DNA of 64,000 nucleotides from positions 6,695-70,694 of the forward strand of contig CAZFMF010000011.1 of NCBI GenBank assembly GCA_964519985.1. The letters are read 5' to 3'. The position numbers were made by a program, and so were the translations under genes. Below, piece by piece: positions 10,024 to 21,000 of this stretch (the first letter of the stretch is position 1; each line of letters opens with the position of its first letter). This DNA is from an uncultured Pseudobdellovibrionaceae bacterium (GTDB taxonomy: Bacteria; Bdellovibrionota; FAC87; UBA2466). The notes beneath the pieces were generated by a model, which saw only the letters and a program-made list of their open reading frames with translations, did no database searches and had not been told where the DNA came from.

Positions 10024-11172
10024 ATGGGGCCACCTATGGTTCGCTTCTTCACCATCATTACGCTGCTTTTTCTCTATACGGGTTACAAGGCCAATCAACT
10101 CTGGCCTTCGCGCCGCGTCCTGACCGCATCTTTGACGTTGCTTCTATTCATCCTAATGTTGGGGGGAACGTTTTTTTACCGCACGAATCCGCAGGTGTTC
10201 AATGCGGCTTGGTTCCGCGTCATTGTCTGGTCCGGCGCCATCACGATGGGGTTTTGGGCCACCTTCGTTTTGTTGTCTTTGCCCTTTGACCTGATGCACC
10301 TAATGATGAACGCGTACCACCGCGTCGTGGACGGCAAGGCTTTCGATCCGGATCGACGCACTTTCTTTCGGGGTCTGTCCCTATCGGTCTTCGGCCTGTC
10401 CGGCGGGTTCGCCGCGGTGGGGCTCTTTCAAGCGTACCGGGGGCCGGACGTGAAACGCATCTCGGTTTCCGGTAAGAAAAAACACCCATCCTTAGTCGGC
10501 CTTAAAATCGCCCAGATCAGCGACCTTCACATCGGCCCGACATTGCGACAAGGCTACGTGGCAGAAGTCGTGCGGCGCACCAATGCATTGAATGTGGATC
10601 TGATCTTCATCACGGGCGATGTGGCCGATGCCCATGCGACTTCGCTGGCCGAACATCTGGAACCACTTCGAAGCCTCCAAGCCCGTTACGGCACGTACTA
10701 CGTGACCGGCAATCACGAATACTATTGGGGCGCCGCCGATCTCGTTACCGCGATGGCTGATCTCGGCATCATCCCGCTGATGAATGAAAACCGCGTCTTA
10801 AAAATAGGCGAAGCAAAAGTGCTCATCGCCGGAGTCACCGATCCCACCGGCGAGCGGGTGCCGGGTCATGCGCCGGATTTAAAGAAGGCACTGCACTCCC
10901 TCGACCCCGTCGACTATAAAATTCTTCTCGCCCATCGACCGCACACGGGCATCGAAGCGGAAAAACTGGGCGCCGATCTCCAGTTTTCGGGACATACTCA
11001 CTCCGGACAATTCTTTCCGTTCAGTCTACTGATTGACCTTGCCCACCGGTATTCGGCGGGACTGTACCAACGCGGCGAACTCTCAATTTACGTAAACCGC
11101 GGCACCGGTTACTGGGGGCCCGCTAACCGCTTTGGCGTCCCTTCGGAGATTTCCGAACTCACTGTGGTATAA
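10024..11172 (+). CDS. Membrane-anchored calcineurin-like metallophosphoesterase (YkuE-like)
   Basis: Three N-terminal transmembrane helices, then phosphoesterase motifs DLHIG, GDVADAH and GNHEYY. Confidence 0.85.
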   Translation: MGPPMVRFFTIITLLFLYTGYKANQLWPSRRVLTASLTLLLFILMLGGTFFYRTNPQVFNAAWFRVIVWSGAITMGFWATFVLLSLPFDLMHLMMNAYHRVVDGKAFDPDRRTFFRGLSLSVFGLSGGFAAVGLFQAYRGPDVKRISVSGKKKHPSLVGLKIAQISDLHIGPTLRQGYVAEVVRRTNALNVDLIFITGDVADAHATSLAEHLEPLRSLQARYGTYYVTGNHEYYWGAADLVTAMADLGIIPLMNENRVLKIGEAKVLIAGVTDPTGERVPGHAPDLKKALHSLDPVDYKILLAHRPHTGIEAEKLGADLQFSGHTHSGQFFPFSLLIDLAHRYSAGLYQRGELSIYVNRGTGYWGPANRFGVPSEISELTVV

Positions 11173-11182
11173 AGCCCGCCCC

Positions 11183-11446
11183 ATGGAAGAAAAGTCCGAC
11201 CTCATCGAAGTCCCCTACGAGCAGCTGGCCAGCGAAACGCTGCATGCGGTGATCGAAGCGTTCGTGCTGCGGGAGGGGACCAACTACGGCGCACCCGATG
11301 TTTCGCTCGAAACCCAAATCGAACAGGTGCGGGCGCAGTTGCGAGACCGGTCCGTGATCTTGGTCTTTGACCCTGACTCCGAGTCGTGCAGTCTCATCAC
11401 GCAACGCCAATTTCGTGACCGCAAGCTTCCGACGCCCGGAGCTTGA
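11183..11446 (+). CDS. yheU: YheU family (UPF0270) protein
   Basis: MEEKSDLIEVPYEQLASETLHAVIEAFVLREGTNYG matches the YheU pattern (..L..E.L..LIE.FVLREGTDYG). The track ORF begins 17 codons earlier at 11132; the internal ATG is preferred. Confidence 0.65.
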   Translation: MEEKSDLIEVPYEQLASETLHAVIEAFVLREGTNYGAPDVSLETQIEQVRAQLRDRSVILVFDPDSESCSLITQRQFRDRKLPTPGA

Positions 11447-11491
11447 AGGCGAGGCCCGACTCCCCTAGACTCTTGAGCTGGGGAGGGGATC

Positions 11492-12145
11492 GTGAATTTT
11501 TTTCAAATCGCACTAGTGCTCGGCGCGCTGGTTTCCACCGCCAATGGGAACTGGACCAAAATCGACGAGAATGAATACCAGGTAGGAAAACCGCCGGTCA
11601 CCGGTTCGGCGCAGCACCAGCAGGAACTGAAACTGCTTCATGATCACGAATCGACGCGAACAAAAACGGATTGCTCGCTCGCGGCAAAACAAACCTTTCC
11701 CACCTTCGATGCGTTTTTTGGCCCGGAAATGGGCCTGCTAACCAAGCAAGAAGCGCGGAAGGTGAAGCCTTTCATTTCCCGCGTCATGCGCTACACTGAG
11801 AAGATCACGACCAAATTCAAAAATATTTATCTGCGGCCCCGTCCGTACCGATCGGATCCCACCCTCAAACCGTGCGCCGTGAAACCTACGGGGAGCAAGT
11901 CATACCCGAGTTCTCACGCCTCAGCCGCCACCGCCGGTGCCTGCATCTTGGCCGAACTCTTTCCCGCCCAGACCCAAGCCCTCACCGCCCACGGCACGCG
12001 CTTAGGAGAGTTGCGGGTCATCTCGGGAGTGCATCACCCCAGCGACGTGGCCAGCGGTCAAGACCTGGCCGAGCAGATCTGCGAGCGGCTTTTGAAAGAA
12101 AAAGATTTCCGCGAAGAACTCGACGACGTTCGCGCCGAACTCTGA
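11492..12145 (+). CDS. Secreted PAP2 class A non-specific acid phosphatase
   Basis: Signal peptide. PAP2 motifs KIYLRPRP (KxxxxxxRP), PSSHAS (PSGH) and SGVHHPSDVASG (SRxxxxxHxxxD). Confidence 0.8.
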   Translation: MNFFQIALVLGALVSTANGNWTKIDENEYQVGKPPVTGSAQHQQELKLLHDHESTRTKTDCSLAAKQTFPTFDAFFGPEMGLLTKQEARKVKPFISRVMRYTEKITTKFKNIYLRPRPYRSDPTLKPCAVKPTGSKSYPSSHASAATAGACILAELFPAQTQALTAHGTRLGELRVISGVHHPSDVASGQDLAEQICERLLKEKDFREELDDVRAEL

Positions 12146-12183
12146 CGGTCGATCTCGCGCCAGAGAGACGCGAAATAAAAAAG

Positions 12184-12747
12184 CTATTGTTTGATACCCA
12201 GTAGCGGAACCTTGCGCGTCGTCTCGTCTTTCTCGAGGTCCGCCGCGAACTTATCAAAACACGCTTCCAGGAATTTGCCGTTCTCCGCATCCGGCGTCGT
12301 CACTTCCGTGTCTCCTCGCTGGGACAGCCGCAAAATGACCGAGTAGCCATTTTCCTGCATGCGAAAATCGCTATGGCAGGTCGTTTCCACATCCCCAATC
12401 TTGCCGTCCATGACCGAGCGGGGACCGACGGCGTTTTGCAAGAGGAAGGAACTCTCACTCGCCTGCAACACACTGGCCGGACCAATGATTCGAATTCCGT
12501 CCTCATCCTTGATCTCGAAACTTTGTTCAATCTGAATGATCGCGAGTCCCGGTCGGGTCACAATGCCGCTGCTCGATAGACCCAGCGCTTTTTCGGGCCG
12601 AACGACTTCCTTTTTTGCCTCTTTGGGCAATGCCGGATAAGTGCGTTCTACCACCACGAGGTTTCCGAGAAGGGCATTCTTGACTTCGCCGGATGCCGTC
12701 ACCGTCGCGAACATCACAAGACCCAAGACCAATGCACCGTGATTCAT
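12184..12747 (-). CDS. Secreted hypothetical protein
   Basis: Start placed at the internal ATG (MNHGALVLGLVMFATVTASG, a signal peptide), preceded by a GGAGG ribosome-binding site. The track ORF extends to 12981, probably read-through. Confidence 0.45.
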   Translation of the reverse strand: MNHGALVLGLVMFATVTASGEVKNALLGNLVVVERTYPALPKEAKKEVVRPEKALGLSSSGIVTRPGLAIIQIEQSFEIKDEDGIRIIGPASVLQASESSFLLQNAVGPRSVMDGKIGDVETTCHSDFRMQENGYSVILRLSQRGDTEVTTPDAENGKFLEACFDKFAADLEKDETTRKVPLLGIKQ

Positions 12748-12889
12748 AGCAACCTCCAATTTTCGGCGCGGAAGGTACCAAAACGACCGAAAACAATCTA
12801 GGGACAATAATCGGCACAGCTCGGCTGATTTTTTCACCCCCTCCTTCCGGTGAGAGTGGTATGACGGCGCCTGTTTTTGAGGGACCGAT

Positions 12890-13834
12890 ATGATTATCGC
12901 GGTAAGAAAACTGCTCTTAGGGATCGCAATTGCCTTAGCCGGGACTGCCGACGCGGTCGTTCCGGGGACGAGTTTCCCCATCGCATGGACCAGCGAACCG
13001 GGTCAATACGGCCAGGTCTACAAGCCCTGGGGAGGCGGCCCCCTTCGACTCTCCCCTCCCGGCTTTTCTCTACGCGGTTTGACCGGAATTTCTTTTCCTC
13101 TAACCGACGAGGGTCAGGAAATTTTGACCGAAGTCCTTGATGCCCGCAGTGATGAACCGCGTAAAGACTACCTTGTCCCGCTGACTGATGTTTCGTTCAG
13201 CGAAGCCGAAACCGCCGGATGGCTGCAACCGGCCTCCTTTACCGGGCGCACGCGCGCCGTCGAAAAACCGGAAGGTTACTCGGTTGAAATTCAACTGGAA
13301 GTTTCCGTGGTACAGGCGGGATTGTTCCCCGCCTATCTGAAATCCGATGGCGGAAAACCCGACCAATTTGCCTATCACTATCGACGCTCGTATGTCTGGC
13401 AAGACGTGAACGAGATTCGCCGGCTAGGCCACCCGAAGTTAGTCGCCTGGCGCCTCGCGGCTTCCTATCCCACCGCCGCTATCGAACTCGCGCACGACTC
13501 GGACGGATACACTTATTTGATTCCGGAACAATTGGTTCAACGACCGGACCGCGATATTCCGATTCTAAAACTCCCAAAGGTGGCATTGGTTTTCCCCGAA
13601 AGTGAGTCGGTTTTTCAAAACCTCCTGTTATCCCCGACCCGCGGCCAAATACTCCCCACTCGAATTCAGGCCTATTCTAAATTCATCATTGCCTCTTTCT
13701 CCCCGAGCAGCACCGAACGCACACAAATCATCGAACAAGCCGTTCACGTTTTGAAAAAGACTGCTCAAGTCATCCGCTCGTCGCACTGTCCTTTTTTACT
13801 CACTCAGCCCTATATCGATCGGCACCTTGAATAG
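12890..13834 (+). CDS. Secreted hypothetical protein
   Basis: Signal peptide MIIAVRKLLLGIAIALAGTADA. 314 aa. No known motif. Confidence 0.4.
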   Translation: MIIAVRKLLLGIAIALAGTADAVVPGTSFPIAWTSEPGQYGQVYKPWGGGPLRLSPPGFSLRGLTGISFPLTDEGQEILTEVLDARSDEPRKDYLVPLTDVSFSEAETAGWLQPASFTGRTRAVEKPEGYSVEIQLEVSVVQAGLFPAYLKSDGGKPDQFAYHYRRSYVWQDVNEIRRLGHPKLVAWRLAASYPTAAIELAHDSDGYTYLIPEQLVQRPDRDIPILKLPKVALVFPESESVFQNLLLSPTRGQILPTRIQAYSKFIIASFSPSSTERTQIIEQAVHVLKKTAQVIRSSHCPFLLTQPYIDRHLE

Positions 13835-13844
13835 CCGACACCGA

Positions 13845-14334
13845 ATGCCCGATATTTCCCTAATCATTATCTCAGGTGGCCAAACCGGAGTCGATCGAGC
13901 GGCGCTCGACGTAGCTGGAAATGGCGATCCCTTGTGGAGGGTGGTGCCCCCGGGGACGTCGAACCGAAGACGGACCGCTCGATCCGAAGTACCCACTAAA
14001 AGAGACACCCAGTGCGGAGTACGCTCAACGCACGCAATGGAATGTGCGGGATTCCGACGGTTCTCTCATTCTTACTCGTGGGAGGGTCTATGGTGGAACG
14101 GACCTGGCCGTCACTTCCGCGTCGGAGTATTCCCGGCCGATCTTGATCATCGATCTCAATCAACCGCCGGGCGAGACCACTATTCTTCGCTGGCTAGAAC
14201 GGGAAAAGATCCGAAGCCTTGGGATCGGCGGGCCGCGAGAAGAATCGGAACCCGGAATTTACCAAGAATCCGTCGTCTTCTTGAGAAAGCTTTTCACCGC
14301 TTTTCTGGAACATCTTCCGAAAGATGTTCGCTAG
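13845..14334 (+). pseudogene. Molybdenum-cofactor-carrier-like (YpsA/SLOG, PF12694-like) protein gene, apparently frameshifted near 13915-13925
   Basis: The N-terminus in frame 0 (MPDISLIIISGGQTGVDRAALDVAGN) continues in frame +1 (..IPCGGWCPRGRRTEDGPLDPKYPLKETPSAEYAQRTQWNVRDSDGSLIL), matching the family consensus ..GGQTG.DRAALD.A...GIP.GGWCP.GR..EDG. The two halves are separate track ORFs (13827.. and 13921..). Confidence 0.55.
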
Positions 14335-14454
14335 TTGGGTCATGGAGCGATCAATGCCGATTTCCATTGGCTCGGATGGATCAGCTTTCTAAATAGAGCT
14401 TCGTCATCCGTGAAGTGGAACTGTCGGTTAGTCCCCGCGTGATGCGCAGCCGCC

Positions 14455-14470
14455 ACTCCGGCGCCGGAGT
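14455..14470. repeat. REP-like 16-bp perfect palindrome ACTCCGGCGCCGGAGT (copy 1), between convergent genes
   Basis: Exact 16-mer, with flank CGCC..; one of five copies in the window. Confidence 0.8.
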
Positions 14471-14485
14471 TAACACGGTGAACGG

Positions 14486-15439
14486 CTAACGACCGTTCAA
14501 CCGCGCCCGATTGTCCAACTGACGCACCCGTAAGGCGGCCGCGGAGATTTCCTGGTCCTGAAAGAATTTCAGCCCTAAGTGATTTGCCACGTCGATACCA
14601 TCGCCGGTGAGGGTCAAACCGTCGTTGACGATATACCGAACATACTCTCCGTAACGCTCACCGGTTTGGGGATTGAAGGCAATGTGCGCGCGCAGTGAAA
14701 GGCTTTCCTCCGGATCGAACGCCTTGCCATTCGACCAACGCGTCGTTACCGGCCGACCATTCGAGAGGCGCGCAGACGTCGACAAAAACACGCCCAGCGA
14801 GGTCTTCTCATTTGAGCCGTCCAGCGCCAGGAGCTCGTACGTCTCGCTACCCAAAGAATGATCGAAGCAAGTCAATCGGTACGGTCGCCGATCCAGTTTT
14901 AATATCAGAGCAGTGTCTTCCAGGACTGAACCCCGCAGCTGCTCCTGCAGCACGGCCAAGTATTCCTTAATCAACGCCTGCGATTTTTCCCGTTTTCTCG
15001 GTTCCAGATTTCTAGCACCGGTGAGAGCCGAAGCGATTTGGTCCCGCAACGGCTCGAGTTGCAACCGGGAGATATCGTAAGCCCGTTGAACCTCCGATTG
15101 GAGTAGGAATAGATCCTTCTGCTCCGGCGCGTGAGCGAGTCGAGCACGCACTCGCCACACAAAGCCCCAAGCATCAATCACCTGCTCGGGGTCTTTTAAC
15201 AACTCGCCGACGCGATATCGTCTTTCACTATCTTGGTCGTTTTCGTATTTTCGCAGCAGCGGAAGCGCCTGTTCTCCCAAATCGAAAAGGCGCTGCGAGG
15301 CACTCGCTCGTTCCTCATAGGATTCGTCGCCTAGTTTCTCAATCAGGAGTTTGATATCGGTTTCTGAAACCGGCGGATCCGCGAAAAGCGGCGGCGTGAA
15401 GCCCAATACGAGGAGCGGCAGAACCCGAAATAGACTCAT
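14486..15439 (-). CDS. Secreted hypothetical protein (HEAT/PBS-lyase-like N-terminal repeats)
   Basis: Signal peptide MSLFRVLPLLVLGFTPPLFA. 317 aa. Confidence 0.4.
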   Translation of the reverse strand: MSLFRVLPLLVLGFTPPLFADPPVSETDIKLLIEKLGDESYEERASASQRLFDLGEQALPLLRKYENDQDSERRYRVGELLKDPEQVIDAWGFVWRVRARLAHAPEQKDLFLLQSEVQRAYDISRLQLEPLRDQIASALTGARNLEPRKREKSQALIKEYLAVLQEQLRGSVLEDTALILKLDRRPYRLTCFDHSLGSETYELLALDGSNEKTSLGVFLSTSARLSNGRPVTTRWSNGKAFDPEESLSLRAHIAFNPQTGERYGEYVRYIVNDGLTLTGDGIDVANHLGLKFFQDQEISAAALRVRQLDNRARLNGR

Positions 15440-15474
15440 GGCGGCACCCTACCACAAGTGCCCACGATTTTGCC

Positions 15475-16902
15475 CTAGCGTATCCCGCTGAAACCATCGG
15501 GCGTTTTGCAGCGTGAACTTTCCAAATGGAATCCCGCCATCTCCGGGTGGTAGAACTGGCCTTCCACCTTAAAATGCCCGGGGGGAATGAGGCACACATG
15601 GGAAATCTCGATCATCTGCAATTCGAGCTCGCAATTTCGTCCCTCCTGGTTGCCTTTCTTAAAGCAGGGCGACCCCTCTAACTGAATCTCCCCCTGCAGG
15701 GCTTTTTTCATTTTCTCGGGATCGTAAGTCGTCTTGAGCAGTTTTTTCAACGTATCGCTCTTGACGAAATCCTCCAAACCCTCAACTTTCCGCGGCGCGG
15801 GTCGCGTCACCGTTTTGGGCTTTTCAAGTTCCCAGTAGTATTTTCTATCAATCGTTTTTTTGAGCTTGCGCCGGGTTCCGTCCGGAAAATCGTGAAACGA
15901 TCTTTTTGAGGTTCGAAAAGCAACATCACTTTCCAATTTTGTAATCAGAGTGGGATCGATAATGTCCTCGCTATATACCTCGGAGTTAAAGGTCTCCGGT
16001 TTGCCGCTGACAAACGAATCGTAGGCGAGGGTCCAACGGGCCGATGCCGAAACCTCTTTCTCCGTACCGCCGTCCCTTTCGCACTCCGCACGCAAATTCT
16101 TTTGTGCCCGCTCTTTACAACGTTCGTCACCGCAGCCGGCATATCGCTCCGAAACAAATTCTTCTTTTTGCCCTGTCGATCGGATGTGATCGTCGAGCTC
16201 TTGCGCATCGAGTTTCCCATCCCCGTTGCGATCGGCGCTCCGCCAACGTTTACAGTCGCCGGAGTGGGCATCACACATGAGCTTGGCAATTTCATGAAAA
16301 GCGAAGAGCTTATTGTGGGCTACCTGATGAGCCTTACACTCACCTCCTATACAAGTGGATTTATCGAGCAACGAGCAAATCCCCGCGTGGCACGTGCCGA
16401 GCCAGAACTTTGATTTTTTTGCGACCGATACAGCTTCCTGCACCCACCGATCCCCATCAAAAAACTTCAAGGGCGAGTTTTCCGAGCCCACCTGATACCG
16501 AGAGGGACTTTCGTACCCTGGACTGCCGTGCGCATTGAGCAGGCCGAGATCATTGGGGCCCATGCGCTCGCTTTTGAGAACATCGGCAACCTGACCGAGG
16601 GGGACATCGTCGTGGTGCTTGACCTCAATCCCGCACGCTTTGAAGGGATCCAGATACGAGTTCACTTGCACGGCCCGATCTCGCGTTGTCTTCGTTGTCT
16701 CGACTTCAACCGTACTGTAACCGGACCGAATGACTTCGGTCTTTACCGTAACCTGTTCCTTTCGCCCGTAAGAGAACACCACGACCTTCGGAGCGGTGCG
16801 TATCCGACGACTCTCTTCCAATGTCTCGTGAAGTGGCTTTTTGATGTCTCGGGCTATGAGGTCCGCCGCGAAAAGCAGAAGGAGAAGCAAGAGATTGCGC
16901 AT
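15475..16902 (-). CDS. Secreted hypothetical protein with an EF-hand-like calcium-binding motif
   Basis: Signal peptide MRNLLLLLLLFAADLIA. DRNGDGKLDAQELDDH matches the EF-hand loop. Cys-rich central region. Confidence 0.45.
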   Translation of the reverse strand: MRNLLLLLLLFAADLIARDIKKPLHETLEESRRIRTAPKVVVFSYGRKEQVTVKTEVIRSGYSTVEVETTKTTRDRAVQVNSYLDPFKACGIEVKHHDDVPLGQVADVLKSERMGPNDLGLLNAHGSPGYESPSRYQVGSENSPLKFFDGDRWVQEAVSVAKKSKFWLGTCHAGICSLLDKSTCIGGECKAHQVAHNKLFAFHEIAKLMCDAHSGDCKRWRSADRNGDGKLDAQELDDHIRSTGQKEEFVSERYAGCGDERCKERAQKNLRAECERDGGTEKEVSASARWTLAYDSFVSGKPETFNSEVYSEDIIDPTLITKLESDVAFRTSKRSFHDFPDGTRRKLKKTIDRKYYWELEKPKTVTRPAPRKVEGLEDFVKSDTLKKLLKTTYDPEKMKKALQGEIQLEGSPCFKKGNQEGRNCELELQMIEISHVCLIPPGHFKVEGQFYHPEMAGFHLESSRCKTPDGFSGIR

Positions 16903-17050
16903 GAAAAGAATTTTACCATAGCCGGCAATTTGGCCGGTTTGCCAACCCGACCCTCCGCCGGATCAACTTCTTGACCTGCGTGAGGCGGCCCACCCGTGCC
17001 GGCCAGACGGTAAAGGCGTATATGCGTGGTATATACATCCCTGCCTTGCA

Positions 17051-17066
17051 ACTCCGGCGCCGGAGT
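17051..17066. repeat. REP-like palindrome ACTCCGGCGCCGGAGT (copy 2), between divergent genes
   Basis: Exact 16-mer. Confidence 0.8.
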
Positions 17067-17134
17067 CGATTCCAATTGGCCTTGTGTGGAATCAGATCGG
17101 CTGCTAAAAGCCCCGCTGAATTCCGGAGAGAGCG

Positions 17135-17941
17135 ATGCGGGCATGCGTACCGATTTTTGTTTGGGTCCTTTCAATCAGTGGCCTGGCGCGGGCGGGCGAA
17201 AGCTCATTGCCCGCCGGAATCACTCGGGTCAATTGTGTCGTCCGACTCTTGCCGAAGGGGCTCGACTCCTACCTTCTCTCGGCAAAACTGACTGGCACAA
17301 AAGGAGAGGGAAAATTTGAAGGAACCCACCCTAGGAAATTCCGAGTTGGCTCCGCAGGAACCTTACGGCTGGAGTTGGAGGGGTTCGTGGTCGTCCGCTA
17401 CACCGATCCCGAAAATGGAAACCAACCACTGACGGTGGCAGTGGAAAGTGTGGGCGATCCCCGCCGTCGAGCCGAGCAATCGCATCCCATCGAAACCGTT
17501 TCCTTCGAGCATAGGGCGATGACTCTTCTTACGACGGAAATTGCCGTTGGCTATTCTCTAGAGTTTTCTGAACACATGAATGCCTTGCGGGAGAGCTTAG
17601 CTCGGGCTTTTGGGTATCCGAACGTCGCCGTGCCCGCCGACTTTCTGCGAGTCGATGAATCCGAAGCCACCTTCACATCACGAATGCGACCTTTGAAGAA
17701 GCTTCCCCTCCCGCGTATGGGAATTGAAGCCTACCTCGCTCGCGCACGCGACTCCGAAGCGGCCAACCAGACCCGAGGAATTCTGAGCCATTTCGCGCGG
17801 TTTTTCGCGTCGGCGGCGGATAGTGAAGTCAAATCGACGCTTTTCTACGGTATCGATGACACCATGCAGGGCAGGATTTACTTAGAGTTTCACGATGTGG
17901 GCAGCCAGAGCACGTATCAGACTTACATAGAAGTTCGCTAG
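17135..17941 (+). CDS. Secreted hypothetical protein
   Basis: Signal peptide MRACVPIFVWVLSISGLARA. 268 aa. Confidence 0.4.
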   Translation: MRACVPIFVWVLSISGLARAGESSLPAGITRVNCVVRLLPKGLDSYLLSAKLTGTKGEGKFEGTHPRKFRVGSAGTLRLELEGFVVVRYTDPENGNQPLTVAVESVGDPRRRAEQSHPIETVSFEHRAMTLLTTEIAVGYSLEFSEHMNALRESLARAFGYPNVAVPADFLRVDESEATFTSRMRPLKKLPLPRMGIEAYLARARDSEAANQTRGILSHFARFFASAADSEVKSTLFYGIDDTMQGRIYLEFHDVGSQSTYQTYIEVR

Positions 17942-17971
17942 GGGGGCGTCGGCCATCCCCGTCCAACGGCA

Positions 17972-17989
17972 GATATCGGATATCCGATC
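17972..17989. repeat. GATATCGGATATCCGATC palindromic repeat, second copy, after the gene ending at 17941
   Basis: Shares GATATCGGATATCCGAT with the tRNA-adjacent hairpin. Confidence 0.6.
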
Positions 17990-18039
17990 TCTAACCGTGA
18001 TCTACTTTCCCCTGAAAGTCCTACAGCTTAACGACTTTT

Positions 18040-21000
18040 TTGCCGATACGGAGGCAGACGGGGGCCTCTTTGTCGGCAGTTCCGAAAATCAAAACCGAGT
18101 CGCTTCCCAGCGGCCTTGAGCTGCTAGAAGCGGTTGGCTCGGGGACTTCGAGCCTGGTGTACCGCGCGCGGCGGGACGGGAAGATCTACGCCGTCAAGAT
18201 GTCGAAAACGGCGGATCCGGATGGGCGTTTGCTCAAGGGCTTTCGAACGGAAGCGACGATTCTGGCGCAGATCAATCACCCGGCGCTCGTTCAAACCCAA
18301 GAAGTCGGTAGCCACCACGGTCATCCGTACATTGTGATGGAGTACCTCGAGGGTGAGCTGCTTTCTTCGCGGTTGAAGCGGGGCAAATTGCCCGGCGATG
18401 AAATCTATACCATCGCACTGAAACTCGCCGATGTTCTGCACAGCGTTCATAGCCACGGCGTCATCCACCAAGATTTGAAGCCCGAGAATATCTACTGGAA
18501 CCCGAAAACGGGTGTTCTCAAGCTATTCGACTTTGGGCTCGTGGGAACCCAAGGGCGAAATACCGCGGGACAGTCGATCGGCACGCTCGACTACATGTCA
18601 CCGGAGCAGTTGGGGATTCTCGATCGGCCCATTGATGCCCGTTCCGATTTGTATTCCCTGGGCGTCACCTTGCTCGAGTGCGTGGCCGAGCGAATGAATG
18701 TTCCGCAGATAGCCGGTCGCTCGGTCGAAGCGCAATTTCAGTACGAACCCACCGACATTCTCCGCCTCAACGAAGAGATCAAATACGAGTTTGCCAAGAT
18801 TCTTTGCACCCTACTGAAAAAAGATCCCGACGATCGGTTTGCATCGGCGGATGAACTTTTCACCGCCATCAACCGGAAAGTTTTTCACCGGCAGGATACC
18901 CTTTCCAAGCAGGAACACCTCGTCGGAAGAGAAAGTGAAAAAGAGCTTCTCTATAAGCATTGGGAGGACTGCCTTTCCGGTCGAGGCAGTTCCATCCTCG
19001 TAGAAGGAGAAGCAGGAGCGGGCAAAAGCGCACTGGTTTCGGATCTCGTGCGGCGCGCGCAATCGGACAACACCATCTCGCTTCGGGGCAAGTGCACGCA
19101 ACGCCTTCCCTTTGCCCCGCTGCGACGCTTTTTTGCCGAAATTCAAAAGACGATCTCCCACGGGCACCCGGCGTACAGCAAACTGGGTTCGAATTTCGTG
19201 GATAAGAGCGCGAGCATCCGTCGCATTAGCCCGGCGCTTGCCGATCATTTCGGACTCGGTGAGGGAGACATCGGCGGCAACCAAGATCGATTCTTTGAAG
19301 AGATAGCCGACGTCTTCGTCATTCTCTCGAGATACCTTCCCGTCATTTTGTTCATCGACGATATTCAATGGATCGATGCCGAGACCATGCGCACCCTTGA
19401 TTGCCTGTCGCCGAAACTGGCGGAGAACCGCATTCTGCTGGTCATGACCTCCCGAAGTAGCTTCGAATATCTCGACAGTCTTCAACTTTTTGAGGAACGA
19501 TTCAAAGTTTCTCGGAAAATTAGCTTGGGCTCTCTCACGCCGCAGGAAACAAATCTCCTCGTTCAAGCTTACTCCGGCAACCAAAGCATCGAAGAACGTT
19601 TTCTCACGCATGTCCATACCAGCACGGGTGGGCTGCCCTTCTCCGTTGGCGAGCTACTACGCAATATCAGTCTGAACGGTGTCCTCGCTCCGAACTGGGG
19701 AAAGCTCGAGGTCCAATGGGATCAGCTTTACAACTTGGACTTACCCTCGGATGTCATCGAGCTCGTTCGACGCCGTATTTCGAGTCTTTCGGAAACCACG
19801 CGCGAGGTACTGTGCACGGCTTCGATTGTGGGTGTTTCTTTCAACGTTGCCTTGTTGTCGAAGGTGACCGGAAAAAAAGAGTCGGTCGTCCTCGACGCCC
19901 TCACCCAGGGCCACCTCCAGTTTCTCGTGGAGCCGACGACCGAGGGCGAATACAAGTTCATACATGACCGAGTTCATGAAGCGTTTCGGGCGCAGCTAGA
20001 GGGATCCCGAAAGCGCGAGCTACATCAAAAGATCGCGCTCACACTGCTGGAGACCCGACCCACCGCGGCCCATGAAGTGTTTTCGATGGCGGATCACTTC
20101 TGGGATGGCTACCCGGAACAAAACACCAAGGAAGCTTACGAAATAAGCGTCGCGGCGGGGAAACTCGCGAGCGAGAGCCATGCGCTGGAAAAGGCCTACG
20201 AGTATTTCCTACGGGCCGAAGGCCTGGCCGCGAAGGCGGGACTGGACCCCGTCGACCCCGAATTGATCGGCGCTATCTGCACAAAGATTGGGAAGAAAGC
20301 GGAAGCCATTGAACGCTACCAAGCGGCGATTGATCGCACCTCCTCCAAGTGGTTGCGCGCCCGCATCTTGGGAAAAATGGCGGAAACTTACGTTACAAAT
20401 CTGGAGACGGCCGAAGGGCTCAAACTCATTGAACGGGCGTTCGCGGAAATCGATCTCGTTCCCCCTCACCCCGTCCGAACGATCGTTTCGATTGTTTGGG
20501 GGGTCGTAAGAGGGCTCTTTGGTTACTGGACCGGGATCGGTTATGGCAACGCGACCGGGGAAAAACGAGAACAGCTTAAGATCATCGTCAATCTGCATGC
20601 GCAATTCGGCTTCGTGAAGTTCTTCGACCTCCAGCCGCTTTACATGGTTTACTCGGGCCTAAGAAACTTGCACAACGTCAACCGAATCGGAGACAGCGCC
20701 GAATTGGTTAATCTCTACTGCAACCTCTATCTGGCGTTCGGGATTCTTAAGATTCGCCCGTTCTACGATAGCTTTTATCGCAGAGCTCGACTCGTTGCCG
20801 AACGGCTCGCCGATCCGCAACTTATCGCCCACGTCGAAGCGTACTATGCTTTCGCCATTGTCTATGCGGGAAAGGAAGTCCAGGCCGAGAACCGCGTCCG
20901 TCAGCTTCTCCATGACTATAAAAATTCCCTGATTACCGAGGACTACGTCTATCTATGCGGTGTTTACATGTCGAGCCTCGTGGTTCGAGGGTTCCCCGAA

